Virus record (IMG/VR): IMGVR_UViG_2799112924_000001
Direction: 5' to 3' (one strand)
Source: a virus
Length of the DNA: 30,278 nt
Below the pieces are notes generated by a model. That model saw only the letters and a program-made list of their open reading frames with translations, was not told where the DNA came from and ran no database searches. Both the position numbers and the translations under genes were made by a program. Below are positions 1 through 8,424 of the stretch, piece by piece; within the stretch, counting starts at the first letter, position 1, and every line of letters starts with the position of its first letter.

Positions 1-20
1 ATACAGTATCGTTAATGTTA
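1..20. repeat. Right end of a structured repeat site (copy R0), truncated by the window edge
   Basis: ATACAgtatcGTTAATGTTA (1-20) matches the R1 right end ATACAtggatGTTAATGTTA (1543-1562) with identical spacing. Confidence 0.6.
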
Positions 21-144
21 GATACCAATTCAAACAAGTCCTGATGGCTATCTTTTAACTCCCTTATACCTTTACCGTAATATACATCTCCTTTCATATA
101 GATAGTATGAAAGTTGTCATACTTATATATTTTGTCGGAAAAAT

Positions 145-164
145 ATTACTTTTCAAATGCTCTC
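145..164. repeat. 20-bp inverted repeat, left copy (partner 3258-3277)
   Basis: ATTACTTTTCAAATGCTCTC is the exact reverse complement of 3258-3277. Confidence 0.9.
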
Positions 165-203
165 TCTAACAATATTTAAAAAATAAAATACATAGGTGAT
201 AGC

Positions 204-1337
204 ATGAATAACGAGCTCATTAAGAATATGTGTTTAAGTTGCAATCATTCAAAACAGACACAGAACAACTATAACCTTTCACTTCGGAAGTACTGTGAAT
301 ATTTCGACATGTCACTTGAGGAACTTCTGATGGAAGCTGAAGAAGATGAAAAGAACAATGTAAGATGGAAAAATTGCCGTTTAAGAGCTAAACTGATTGA
401 ATTCAGACACCACCTGTTACAGAATTATGCTGCAAGCACTGTGAAAAAAGACATCTGGAGCATCAAATTCTTTTACAAATTCTATGACATTGAAATACAA
501 TCATTGCCTAGAGTTACCCAACAGTCTTTGAGAAAACCCCAGCCAATCTACTATAAGGATTTACCTGACAAAGAAGTGATAAGGGAAGCATTTAAAATAT
601 CTTCACCATTGATGAAAGCCATAATACTGTTTTCATGTTCAAGCGGTTGTGCCAGAGCAGAAGCATTGAGTTTAACCATACAGGATTACATAGATGCAGT
701 ATCAGAATATATACCTAGGCGCAGAATGGACATTTTTGAGGTAATTGATTTCTTGAACGAAAAGGATGATGTCGTGCCTACCTTCAATCTCCGAAGGAAA
801 AAAACAAACAAATATTATATCACATATTGCAGTCCAGAAGCAGTAAATGCAATCAATGCATATATTTTAACACGCACAGATTCAGTTAAAAATGACAGCC
901 CCCTATTCGATGTAAGCCCAACACATCTTGGAAGATCATTTCAAAAAATAAACGATACATTGAATCTTGGAAATGTTGGAAAATATGCTAGATTCAGAAG
1001 CCACATGCTGAGGAAATTCCATGCAAGCGCATTATACAACGACGGCATGAGCATAGACAAGGTCAACGATTTGCAGGGAAAGGCTAAAAACGTAACTGAT
1101 TCCGTTTATTTCATGACCAATCCTGAAGAGTTGAAATATGAATACATCAGGCATTTGCCTGCCGTAACAATCAATATGGATGTTGAAAAGCTATCAATCA
1201 AGTCTCCTGAGTTCATGCAACTGGAAAATGATAAAAAGAAATTGGAAACTGAACTTGAGGTCCTTAAGCGAGAAGTGGCAGATATCCGATCGATGAAAAA
1301 GGATTTTGAACTCCTTAAAGCACAGATAGGAAAATAA
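204..1337 (+). CDS. Tyrosine recombinase/integrase (XerC/D superfamily)
   Basis: SSGCARAEAL box I, RSHMLRKFHA (HxxR), LQGK box II and VYF catalytic Tyr region; N-terminal SAM-like core-binding region; GGTGAT RBS. Confidence 0.9.
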   Translation: MNNELIKNMCLSCNHSKQTQNNYNLSLRKYCEYFDMSLEELLMEAEEDEKNNVRWKNCRLRAKLIEFRHHLLQNYAASTVKKDIWSIKFFYKFYDIEIQSLPRVTQQSLRKPQPIYYKDLPDKEVIREAFKISSPLMKAIILFSCSSGCARAEALSLTIQDYIDAVSEYIPRRRMDIFEVIDFLNEKDDVVPTFNLRRKKTNKYYITYCSPEAVNAINAYILTRTDSVKNDSPLFDVSPTHLGRSFQKINDTLNLGNVGKYARFRSHMLRKFHASALYNDGMSIDKVNDLQGKAKNVTDSVYFMTNPEELKYEYIRHLPAVTINMDVEKLSIKSPEFMQLENDKKKLETELEVLKREVADIRSMKKDFELLKAQIGK

Positions 1338-1341
1338 TCTT

Positions 1342-1374
1342 GTGATGGCATTTGACCCTGTTGGATGCCATTAC
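1342..1374 (+). terminator. Hairpin immediately downstream of the integrase
   Basis: ATGGCAT (1345-1351) / ATGCCAT (1365-1371) stem, extendable by three pairs. Confidence 0.45.
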
Positions 1375-1409
1375 CAAACATTCATAATACTTGATGTCGA
1401 CCCCAATAT

Positions 1410-1438
1410 AATTAATGGCCGGCATTCCCCCATTAATT
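1410..1438. terminator. Second hairpin between convergent genes
   Basis: AATTAATGG (1410-1418) / CCATTAATT (1430-1438), perfect 9-bp stem. Confidence 0.4.
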
Positions 1439-1450
1439 TAACTAACTGGA

Positions 1451-1575
1451 ATTGACATTAACGGCAACGTTTTTGGATTTGGATTTGATTTTCGAACTGC
1501 GATATATATGCACGAGTTTCAAAATACCGGTTTTGAATAACTATACATGGATGTTAATGTTAATTGATTCAGAAC
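1451..1575. repeat. Structured repeat site R1 (full copy)
   Basis: Aligns over its full length with 2528-2652; outer IR AATTGACATTAAC / GTTAATGTTAATT; inner IR ATTTTCGAACT / AGTTTCAAAAT around GATATATATGCACG. Confidence 0.9.
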
Positions 1576-1586
1576 ACTCTATTGAA

Positions 1587-2444
1587 TTAATTAGCGTTCA
1601 ATCCAAATTTTTTAGTTAAAAGTTTTTTCTTGTATTTGGTTTCAATCTTTATAACTTCCTTTTTTTCCATATCTTCGGGCAATACTTTTAATATTGAAAA
1701 CTGAAATTCATTATATCTTTCAGGATGTTGATCAAGGAGTTCTATTAGCTTCTTATCATCACCGTCCTTTGTATTTGCATATGATGTCCAACGTTGTAAT
1801 ATTCCTTTTTCCCCATATGCTGATCCAACATATTTCTTTCCATCTGTAGTATCTACAATAAGATATATTCCATTAACGTTTGAAAGTGCGGTATGCCAAT
1901 CAGAGTATAAGTTAGGATTGTCCATTATTTCTTTTAATTTTGGATAGGATAATATGACATCTTCATAACTTGTAAATGGGATTTTTTTCTCTTTTTGGAT
2001 AGCTATTATTTCTTTTTCTGTAGTGCCTTTGTGATGCCACATACGATATCCATCGCCCCATTCAATCATTAAACGTTGTTCAAAATCTTTAAAAGTATCT
2101 AATCTTTCTAATTCAAAATATTTTCCATCACCATTAAAGTCTTCAGGTGCAGCAAATCCTTCTGGCATATTTTCTGGAGCATTTGTATATTCGCCATTAA
2201 CTTTGTAAAAACTATCTAAAATTGCAGTAGTTCCTTCACGGCTAATGAAAACTAGCCAATAATCATATTTGTTTGTAAAATTCTTCTTTTGGATGCAAGT
2301 ATATTCTTCTACCATATTATTATCGACATATTCTCTGCATTTATCATTTGAAAGCACATGCCTTATTAACATTATATTTTTTGGGTCAATATCTGTTTTT
2401 TTTAGAATGTCTGAAAGGAATAGTTTCACTTCCATAAATACCAC
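1587..2444 (-). CDS. GIY-YIG nuclease family protein with an N-terminal accessory domain
   Basis: GIYLIVDTTDGKKYVGSAYGEKGILQRW..Y motif and C-terminal IETKYKKKL. Confidence 0.85.
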   Translation of the reverse strand: MVFMEVKLFLSDILKKTDIDPKNIMLIRHVLSNDKCREYVDNNMVEEYTCIQKKNFTNKYDYWLVFISREGTTAILDSFYKVNGEYTNAPENMPEGFAAPEDFNGDGKYFELERLDTFKDFEQRLMIEWGDGYRMWHHKGTTEKEIIAIQKEKKIPFTSYEDVILSYPKLKEIMDNPNLYSDWHTALSNVNGIYLIVDTTDGKKYVGSAYGEKGILQRWTSYANTKDGDDKKLIELLDQHPERYNEFQFSILKVLPEDMEKKEVIKIETKYKKKLLTKKFGLNAN

Positions 2445-2527
2445 CTATTTTAATTGTATTAAATTATTGACTATAAGTTCGATATTTATTAGTTTATTAT
2501 GTATTGCTTATATAATTAAGAGTCGAC

Positions 2528-2652
2528 ATTAACATTAACGACCACGATATTGGAAATCAAATCTGATTTTAAACCCCAATATATATGCACGAGTTTCAGA
2601 ATACCAGTTTCGAATAGCTAGCCCCGGCCGTTAATGTTATTTGATCCAGAAC
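2528..2652. repeat. Structured repeat site R2 (full copy, same orientation as R1)
   Basis: Perfect 11-bp outer IR TAACATTAACG (2530-2540) / CGTTAATGTTA (2629-2639); shares ATATATATGCACGAGTTTCA and TTGATYCAGAAC with R1; CATTAAC-to-GTTAATG span is 104 bp in both. Confidence 0.9.
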
Positions 2653-2691
2653 AATTAAATTCTGAATCAATCATTTCGTATAAAAACAAGA

Positions 2692-3186
2692 TTATATGTC
2701 TCCGAATATTTCCTCACCCTTTTCGGTTAATCTGTACAGTTTTCCTCGTTTTACTTCAGGATTGACACATTCGACGAGGCCCAGCTCTTCCAACCGATTC
2801 AAGGGATTGGAAACATACGTCTGTTTGGTACTATTCCATTCCATGCCTTCCTGAAGAGACATTGCCTTAATATCTATCATATCCCAGTTTTCACGTCCGA
2901 CTTCCAGATTCCAGTTATAGATTATGTTGCAGGTTCGCTGTGAAATAAATCCGTTTTTTAAAACCTCCGTTATTTCATCTAGCGAATCCACCAGGAAGAA
3001 AATTGAATGGCTTGAATAAAATCCGTATCTTTGAACCCTTTCTTTTTGAGGGATGGAATGGAGGAATTTCAAAGCCTCATCATGTGTGCTTGTCCAAGTC
3101 AATCCGGAAACGTCTTTTTCATCTGTAAAATCAATTATATATTCGTAAATCCAATTCAGCAGGTTTTTATTGCTTTTGCGGATCAT
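2692..3186 (-). CDS. Protein with C-terminal winged-HTH (MarR-like) domain, putative regulator
   Basis: C-terminal LEELGLVECVNPEVKRGKLYRLTEKG is clearly homologous to 28126-28392 (LKAHELVECINPEVRKGRLYRLTDKG). Confidence 0.7.
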   Translation of the reverse strand: MIRKSNKNLLNWIYEYIIDFTDEKDVSGLTWTSTHDEALKFLHSIPQKERVQRYGFYSSHSIFFLVDSLDEITEVLKNGFISQRTCNIIYNWNLEVGRENWDMIDIKAMSLQEGMEWNSTKQTYVSNPLNRLEELGLVECVNPEVKRGKLYRLTEKGEEIFGDI

Positions 3187-3257
3187 CTTTTTTATACCTC
3201 ACTTTTTCATTAATAGTGATTAATTGTTTTATGTGACTGATTATTTAAGCTGAAAGC

Positions 3258-3277
3258 GAGAGCATTTGAAAAGTAAT
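3258..3277. repeat. 20-bp inverted repeat, right copy (partner 145-164)
   Basis: GAGAGCATTTGAAAAGTAAT. Confidence 0.9.
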
Positions 3278-4120
3278 CGCTTCAACAAAATGGCCGTATT
3301 GGCATTTAAATTAATTGATATCATTGAACTGCCAGCAGTTTACACCGTACTTAAATGATAATCTGATTATATTTGAATAAATACTTTTGACAATTGTTAT
3401 GCTCTGAAAACAGTGCCCTGATATGTATTTTGATTATGACTTCGTTTCACTGGCAAGTGTTAGGCTTCATTCCAATTTGAATTTTATACAATCTGATTTT
3501 TTTGTCGAAATAGTCTGTTGAAATGTTTAGCAAAATTTGTGAAAACACAAGGCTTAAGGACACAATAAATTTCAAAAAAACTGAACAGATTAATATCGAA
3601 TCGCAAAAAATAGAATGCAAATGTTTAAATAGAGATAATTACAAACAAAGTAATTGGCCCACACCATTATTACGAAGTCAGAGCAATTTTACATGCTCGT
3701 ACAACTTTTTCTTGGTGAGGCCTAAACAGTAATCTATGGAGGTAAAATATCAAAAAAAGTAATGAGAAAAAACAGATTATAAAAAAAGGATTATATTATG
3801 AATAACGAGCTAAATATTATTTTTTAATATAATCCTATGGGGTCAGTAAGAGAAAAATAAGAATAGTTAAACAGAGCCGCGAAACTTTGTTAAAAATTAA
3901 TACTTTTCAAAACTTAACCCAATATCTAGTATATTTTAAGGAATATATAAATATTGCCACATTAACAATGGCAAACTTATTTTATTCTAAATATTCGTTA
4001 AGAGATGGAAAATTAATTTTACTCGAATGCTATTTTTATTTTTCAAAGACTTCTGGCCTCAATGTGTTTTAGACTGTTGATCATGCACTCCCATAATGGG
4101 AAAACAGGAGGCACCAAATA

Positions 4121-4279
4121 ATGTGTGAAGTAATCAAACCCCGGCCCAATGAAGTAATAATTTTCAATAACTTCATGGCACTTGAAGAAGCAATTGCTGA
4201 AATTCAGGAAACTGAAAACATCCGCAATGAAAAGGAATTCTTCGATTCATACAGAATCAAGATAATGAAACTGGACTAA
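4121..4279 (+). CDS. Small hypothetical protein (52 aa), not in the ORF track
   Basis: GGAGG RBS at 4107-4111; MCEVIKPRPNEVIIFNN...KIMKLD; first of a tightly packed + strand run. Confidence 0.65.
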   Translation: MCEVIKPRPNEVIIFNNFMALEEAIAEIQETENIRNEKEFFDSYRIKIMKLD

Positions 4280-4322
4280 ACACGAATAAAAAATATTTAA
4301 AACACAAGAGAGGTCAAAAAAT

Positions 4323-4427
4323 ATGTTTGAACAAGAAATTGATGGCGTACAATACGTTACAGTCCCCAAAGAGCTATGGGACAAAATGTGGGAAATGTTT
4401 GATAAAATTGATCAAATAGGTGAATAG
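4323..4427 (+). CDS. Small hypothetical protein (34 aa), not in the ORF track
   Basis: GAGAGGT RBS; MFEQEIDGVQYVTVPKELWDKMWEMFDKIDQIGE; its 3' end carries the GGTGA RBS of the next gene. Confidence 0.6.
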   Translation: MFEQEIDGVQYVTVPKELWDKMWEMFDKIDQIGE

Positions 4428-4429
4428 AC

Positions 4430-4771
4430 ATGAGCAGCTATTCACCGTTTGAAAAACATGATGCAGACCAATACGCATTACCTAACCAGTTCGAAGACAA
4501 CTACCATGGCATCCTCACCCACAATGGCGAGATCAAAGTTGCCAAAGGTGATATGGAACAGGAAATCCTCTACATTGACGATGACGGTATCGTATTGGTG
4601 GATGGTGGCGAAAAAGCATACCAAACACTAATACACTCCAAGCTGTTAGGACTGATTCACTATGCAACTGAAGGTGATATTGGCTTAATCAAATTCATAA
4701 GAGGAGAAGCATTCATTGTCGGATTCAGGAAAAACAAACCGGAGGGCAAATATGGAACAAACACTTCTTGA
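4430..4771 (+). CDS. Hypothetical viral early protein
   Basis: 113-aa ORF with GGTGA RBS, operon packing. Confidence 0.7.
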   Translation: MSSYSPFEKHDADQYALPNQFEDNYHGILTHNGEIKVAKGDMEQEILYIDDDGIVLVDGGEKAYQTLIHSKLLGLIHYATEGDIGLIKFIRGEAFIVGFRKNKPEGKYGTNTS

Positions 4772-4973
4772 GATGCAGGAAAATCTTACTGACGGATTAT
4801 TCATTGAATTTGCATCCATTGATGAAGACTGTTATTATTCACTGACCAAATCCGATGAACTCAAATTCCTCGACGATAAAACAGTGCTCATACGCAGAAA
4901 AAGCGGAAGGCATACAATAATCAACCTGAATTGGATTATTGATATCCGCATCAAAAGGGGGTTATTTCAATGA
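4752..4973 (+). CDS. Hypothetical protein (73 aa; start moved from 4716)
   Basis: GGAGGG RBS at 4741-4746 before ATG 4752. Confidence 0.65.
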   Translation: MEQTLLEMQENLTDGLFIEFASIDEDCYYSLTKSDELKFLDDKTVLIRRKSGRHTIINLNWIIDIRIKRGLFQ

Positions 4974-5104
4974 CCAAACCGGCAAGATTATATCCTAAAG
5001 AGGAACCGATGAACTTGAATCCCAAAGTAATCTTTATTGGGAGCATAATATTTGCTGTAATAATTGGCTGGATTGGTATAGCAACCAGCACCGGAGGAAT
5101 CTAA
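4970..5104 (+). CDS. Small single-pass membrane protein (44 aa), not in the ORF track
   Basis: ATGA overlap with previous stop; hydrophobic VIFIGSIIFAVIIGWIGIA. Confidence 0.6.
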   Translation: MTKPARLYPKEEPMNLNPKVIFIGSIIFAVIIGWIGIATSTGGI

Positions 5105-5138
5105 AATGAATTCCTCCAATCAACATGAAGGTGATAAA

Positions 5139-5702
5139 ATGGTAAAGGCAGAACTTATAGAAAACCCACAAGTTCCTGAAGAAACAGGATTAATAGCTGC
5201 AGACAACGTTCCGGATGTCGATGTAGCTATTGAACAGTGGGACGCTTATCAAAAACTATGTAAAGGATTATTAAACGAAACAGACTATCAAGAAATAATT
5301 GTTAAGGAAAAAGATGAAGACGGAAACTATGTTAAAGTGAAAAGACACTTCAAAAAGAAATCAGCATGGCAAAAGCTCTCAAGAGCATTCAACGTTGACA
5401 CTACCATAGTTGACCGATCATTGGAAAGAACCAAAATGGGAAGAGTGCGTGAAGCCTACTACTGCGTAAGGGCAACACTGCCTAATGGCCGTAGCGTTGA
5501 ATCAGACGCATTATGCTCCCGTTCTGAAAAAGGAAAAGACAAAGTCTCAGACCACACTATCATGTCCACTGCAAAAACACGTGCAACCAACAGAGCTATT
5601 GCAGAACTGATAGGAGCCGGAGAAGTCAGCGCTGAGGAAATGACAGCTGAAAAAGTGATAGCGCCAAACCAGTCAAAATTTCTAAAAGAGGACAATAGCT
5701 AA
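5139..5702 (+). CDS. Putative single-strand annealing/recombination-type protein (function tentative; start moved from 5106)
   Basis: GAAGGTGAT RBS before ATG 5139; KKSAWQKL and STAKTRATNRAIAELIG motifs recall phage Rad52-like annealing proteins; early-module position. Confidence 0.4.
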   Translation: MVKAELIENPQVPEETGLIAADNVPDVDVAIEQWDAYQKLCKGLLNETDYQEIIVKEKDEDGNYVKVKRHFKKKSAWQKLSRAFNVDTTIVDRSLERTKMGRVREAYYCVRATLPNGRSVESDALCSRSEKGKDKVSDHTIMSTAKTRATNRAIAELIGAGEVSAEEMTAEKVIAPNQSKFLKEDNS

Positions 5703-5734
5703 TCCTCTTTAATATTTTTTAGGAGACAAATAAA

Positions 5735-6136
5735 ATGAGTTTTGAAAATACTAAACAAACAATATTTACAGGTACAGAACTAGATTACGAAGAAATTGTA
5801 GAAATTCCAGAAGGATATGAAAAAGCAGAATTGAAAGATTTTGAAGATGGAACATTAATCACCGGCAGGCCTGAAATGGCTTCAGTAACATCATTCACTT
5901 TCGATGATGACGGTGAGGAAAAAACCGTTAACAGATTCAAATTATACATCTTCCAGGATGCTGACCAGTTATATGTTGAAATCAATGTCAATCTTAAAAA
6001 TGATGGAGACATTCACAAAAACGTCAGAAAAGGAAGCGTGTTATTTGATTTCTTAACCAGCATTCTTGTCCAAGTAAAGGAAAGATCCGGAACCTACACA
6101 TTCTACAGTTTCATTGTGAGGGACGTTCAGGTATAA
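5735..6136 (+). CDS. Hypothetical acidic beta-rich protein (possible ssDNA-binding protein)
   Basis: GGAGA RBS; lies between annealing-like and helicase genes; function inferred from position only. Confidence 0.5.
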   Translation: MSFENTKQTIFTGTELDYEEIVEIPEGYEKAELKDFEDGTLITGRPEMASVTSFTFDDDGEEKTVNRFKLYIFQDADQLYVEINVNLKNDGDIHKNVRKGSVLFDFLTSILVQVKERSGTYTFYSFIVRDVQV

Positions 6137-6146
6137 GGTAATTGAA

Positions 6147-6503
6147 ATGAGTGAAGGAAGTTCAGCTATACAAATCAAAAAAGCTATTGGTAATGTTTAT
6201 AAACCGGATTATGAGTTTACATACTTTAAAAACATTATCAGTGCTTTCTATTTGCAGGGTACAGACCCCGAAGTGGTTGAAAAGATTCTTAGAGAATTAT
6301 ACAACCGCCTTCCTTCTCATGAGAAAACATTGGATGAAATCATCAAACTCTTCGAGGACATTTATTTGGGTGAGGAAAATCCAAATAGTGGGATAAAAGG
6401 CATTGAGAGATTCATATCAGATAACTATGACAAAAAGACCAGTATATTGGTAGGGCGTGAATTGAATAGGGCAATCATACCATATGATACCAATAAGATT
6501 TAG
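6147..6503 (+). CDS. Helical protein, probable N-terminal (primase C-terminal-like) part of the split replication gene
   Basis: Overlaps the next ORF by 20 bp in a different frame; removing 10 bp fuses them. Confidence 0.5.
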   Translation: MSEGSSAIQIKKAIGNVYKPDYEFTYFKNIISAFYLQGTDPEVVEKILRELYNRLPSHEKTLDEIIKLFEDIYLGEENPNSGIKGIERFISDNYDKKTSILVGRELNRAIIPYDTNKI

Positions 6504-8148
6504 CTCAAACAAATATATCGTTATGGACTACAGAAAAAATGAAGTCACTACACAGACTATAGAATGGAAAAAAGGAAATGAAGTGGCCGATTATACAAGA
6601 GTATTGCTTTGCTATCCGCTAAAGATTACAATACATGACAATCCGATAAGTGAAGCCGGAAGAACATTCAGCATTGAATGGAAGACAATAGAAGGAGGGC
6701 ATTTCCACACTAAAGACATGAACATTGTTGAAATGGAACAATACTTAGTGGAACATGGTTATGTTCTCTCACGTTACCAATTAAAGGAAGTGCTTCCAGG
6801 CATAATTCAAATAGCTATTGAAAACGATTTGGCAATCATGAAAACAGATATAGAAACACCGGGTTTCTACTATAACAACGAAACCAAAAGCCTGACAATA
6901 GTTGAATTTGAATTGAATGCCACTGACATTAACAAAATGAATATGGCATTGGATTTGATTGAAGATTTAAGAAATTACTTCATAGGTCAGGAAGGAAAAC
7001 TGGCAACAACGCTAAAGCATGCAATGATAGTTCCTTTCGGATTTGCCAAAAAACAGATGGGATTACCATTAGAGAACCTAATTCCTTATATGTTCCATTT
7101 CGGAAAGGGTGGAAGTGGTAAGACAACACTTGCCCGTATTGGAACATATTTTTACGGTGAACCGGACAGCGAAACCGATATTGGAGGATCTGAATTTGAT
7201 ACCGTTCCAAGAATTGGTGCTCAAATATCCAAATCCACTTTTGGAAAGATCATCAATGAACCTGTAGGCGTGTTCAACTGTAAAAGCTGCACAGAAACAT
7301 TGAAAACCTGTGTGGAAAGGACAAATGCAAGACGCAGATACGAAGGAAGGAATTTAGCTATTATTCTTGCATTATCTACTTTGTCTTTCACATCCAACAG
7401 TCCGTTGCCTAATGTCGAAGGGTTGACAAGAAGATTTGTTCAGCTAATGTATACTCACAGTGAGAAAAAAACAGATGATGAAAAAAAGGAATTCATGGCA
7501 CATTTCCAAATGGACTCTCCTAACGATTGCCTGTTTCATCATTTGAAGTATCTTGCGGACTTTGTAGTAAACGAGATAAATGAGGATATAGAGCTGTTAA
7601 GATTACCTTGGCAGGAACTAAGCAATGAATTAATATTAAGAGCATACACTACCTGTGGCCGTGAATGTCCAGAATGGCTATTGACATTTACTGAATCAGT
7701 AACACCTGAAGGCTTGGATGAAGAAGAAATAGAATATTTAAGAATGTTTTTCATTGAAGAGATTAACAAACACAACAAAAGCATTAAAGTCTATTCAGCT
7801 GAAGATGGATATCCAATTAAATATCATGATTATTTCACAGATTCAGTTAAAGACTCAAACGACTTTTACGAACGTGTCTTTAACATTATCAATGAACGTC
7901 TGATACCTTATATGGTGCTGCATCATGGAAGGGATGGTCTTGACTATGTCTGCTTTACAAGCGGCCTTAGGAAAGCATTGGAAAATGCCAATGAAGTATG
8001 CTATAACATAAAGAGCATTGCTGAATTGCTGGGTTGGGAATATAAAACTGTCAGAATACCAGAATCCACAAAGGTTATGGTTGTTAGGTTTGATAAGTTT
8101 TTAAATTTCCTATATCCTAATTTAAGTGAAAAGGAGGCCAATCAATAA
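6484..8148 (+). CDS. P-loop NTPase, putative replicative helicase
   Basis: Walker A FGKGGSGKTT, Walker B-like GKIINEP, RRF arginine-finger-like motif; directly followed by an iteron array. Confidence 0.7.
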   Translation: MIPIRFSSNKYIVMDYRKNEVTTQTIEWKKGNEVADYTRVLLCYPLKITIHDNPISEAGRTFSIEWKTIEGGHFHTKDMNIVEMEQYLVEHGYVLSRYQLKEVLPGIIQIAIENDLAIMKTDIETPGFYYNNETKSLTIVEFELNATDINKMNMALDLIEDLRNYFIGQEGKLATTLKHAMIVPFGFAKKQMGLPLENLIPYMFHFGKGGSGKTTLARIGTYFYGEPDSETDIGGSEFDTVPRIGAQISKSTFGKIINEPVGVFNCKSCTETLKTCVERTNARRRYEGRNLAIILALSTLSFTSNSPLPNVEGLTRRFVQLMYTHSEKKTDDEKKEFMAHFQMDSPNDCLFHHLKYLADFVVNEINEDIELLRLPWQELSNELILRAYTTCGRECPEWLLTFTESVTPEGLDEEEIEYLRMFFIEEINKHNKSIKVYSAEDGYPIKYHDYFTDSVKDSNDFYERVFNIINERLIPYMVLHHGRDGLDYVCFTSGLRKALENANEVCYNIKSIAELLGWEYKTVRIPESTKVMVVRFDKFLNFLYPNLSEKEANQ

Positions 8149-8402
8149 TGTAACTTGTGATGTAACTTTTGCAAAAAAATGTAACCTGAGACCCCAAGTT
8201 ACTTCAGTGAAAAAATTCCAAGGATTATCAGCTCTTTATTTTTAGATTAAAGCTATTTGAATTCATTTTATTTTTTCACATTTTGAAGTAACTTGACCCT
8301 CCAGGTGAGGGGGCCTATGGTAGTGAAAAGTAGTTGGGATTGTTAGGTTACAAAGTTACAAAGTTACTATATTTTGATAAGTTACTAAGTTACTAAGTTA
8401 CT
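8148..8402. other. Putative replication origin: inverted iteron arrays around a long palindrome
   Basis: ATGTAAC(T/C)T x3 (8148, 8160, 8179); A(A/G)GTTAC(A/T) x6 in two 8-bp-period triplets (8345-8368, 8379-8402); arms CAAGTTACTTCA (8195-8206) / TGAAGTAACTTG (8284-8295). Confidence 0.75.
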
Positions 8403-8424
8403 TTAGAATAACGAGCTGATAAAA

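Noticed and set aside
1451-2652. R1/R2 as a CRISPR mini-array, MITEs or classical attC sites
   Set aside because: Too long and too far apart for CRISPR; no target-site duplication and similarity continues past the outer IR; no RYYYAAC/GTTRRRY boxes.
3826-3855. AATCCTAT..GGTC loosely recalling methanogen CRISPR repeats
   Set aside because: Single, short and poorly matching; no array.
3280-4072. ORF-track entries 3523-3732 and 3887-4072 and other short frames
   Set aside because: No RBS, low-complexity composition; more likely a control region or decayed sequence.
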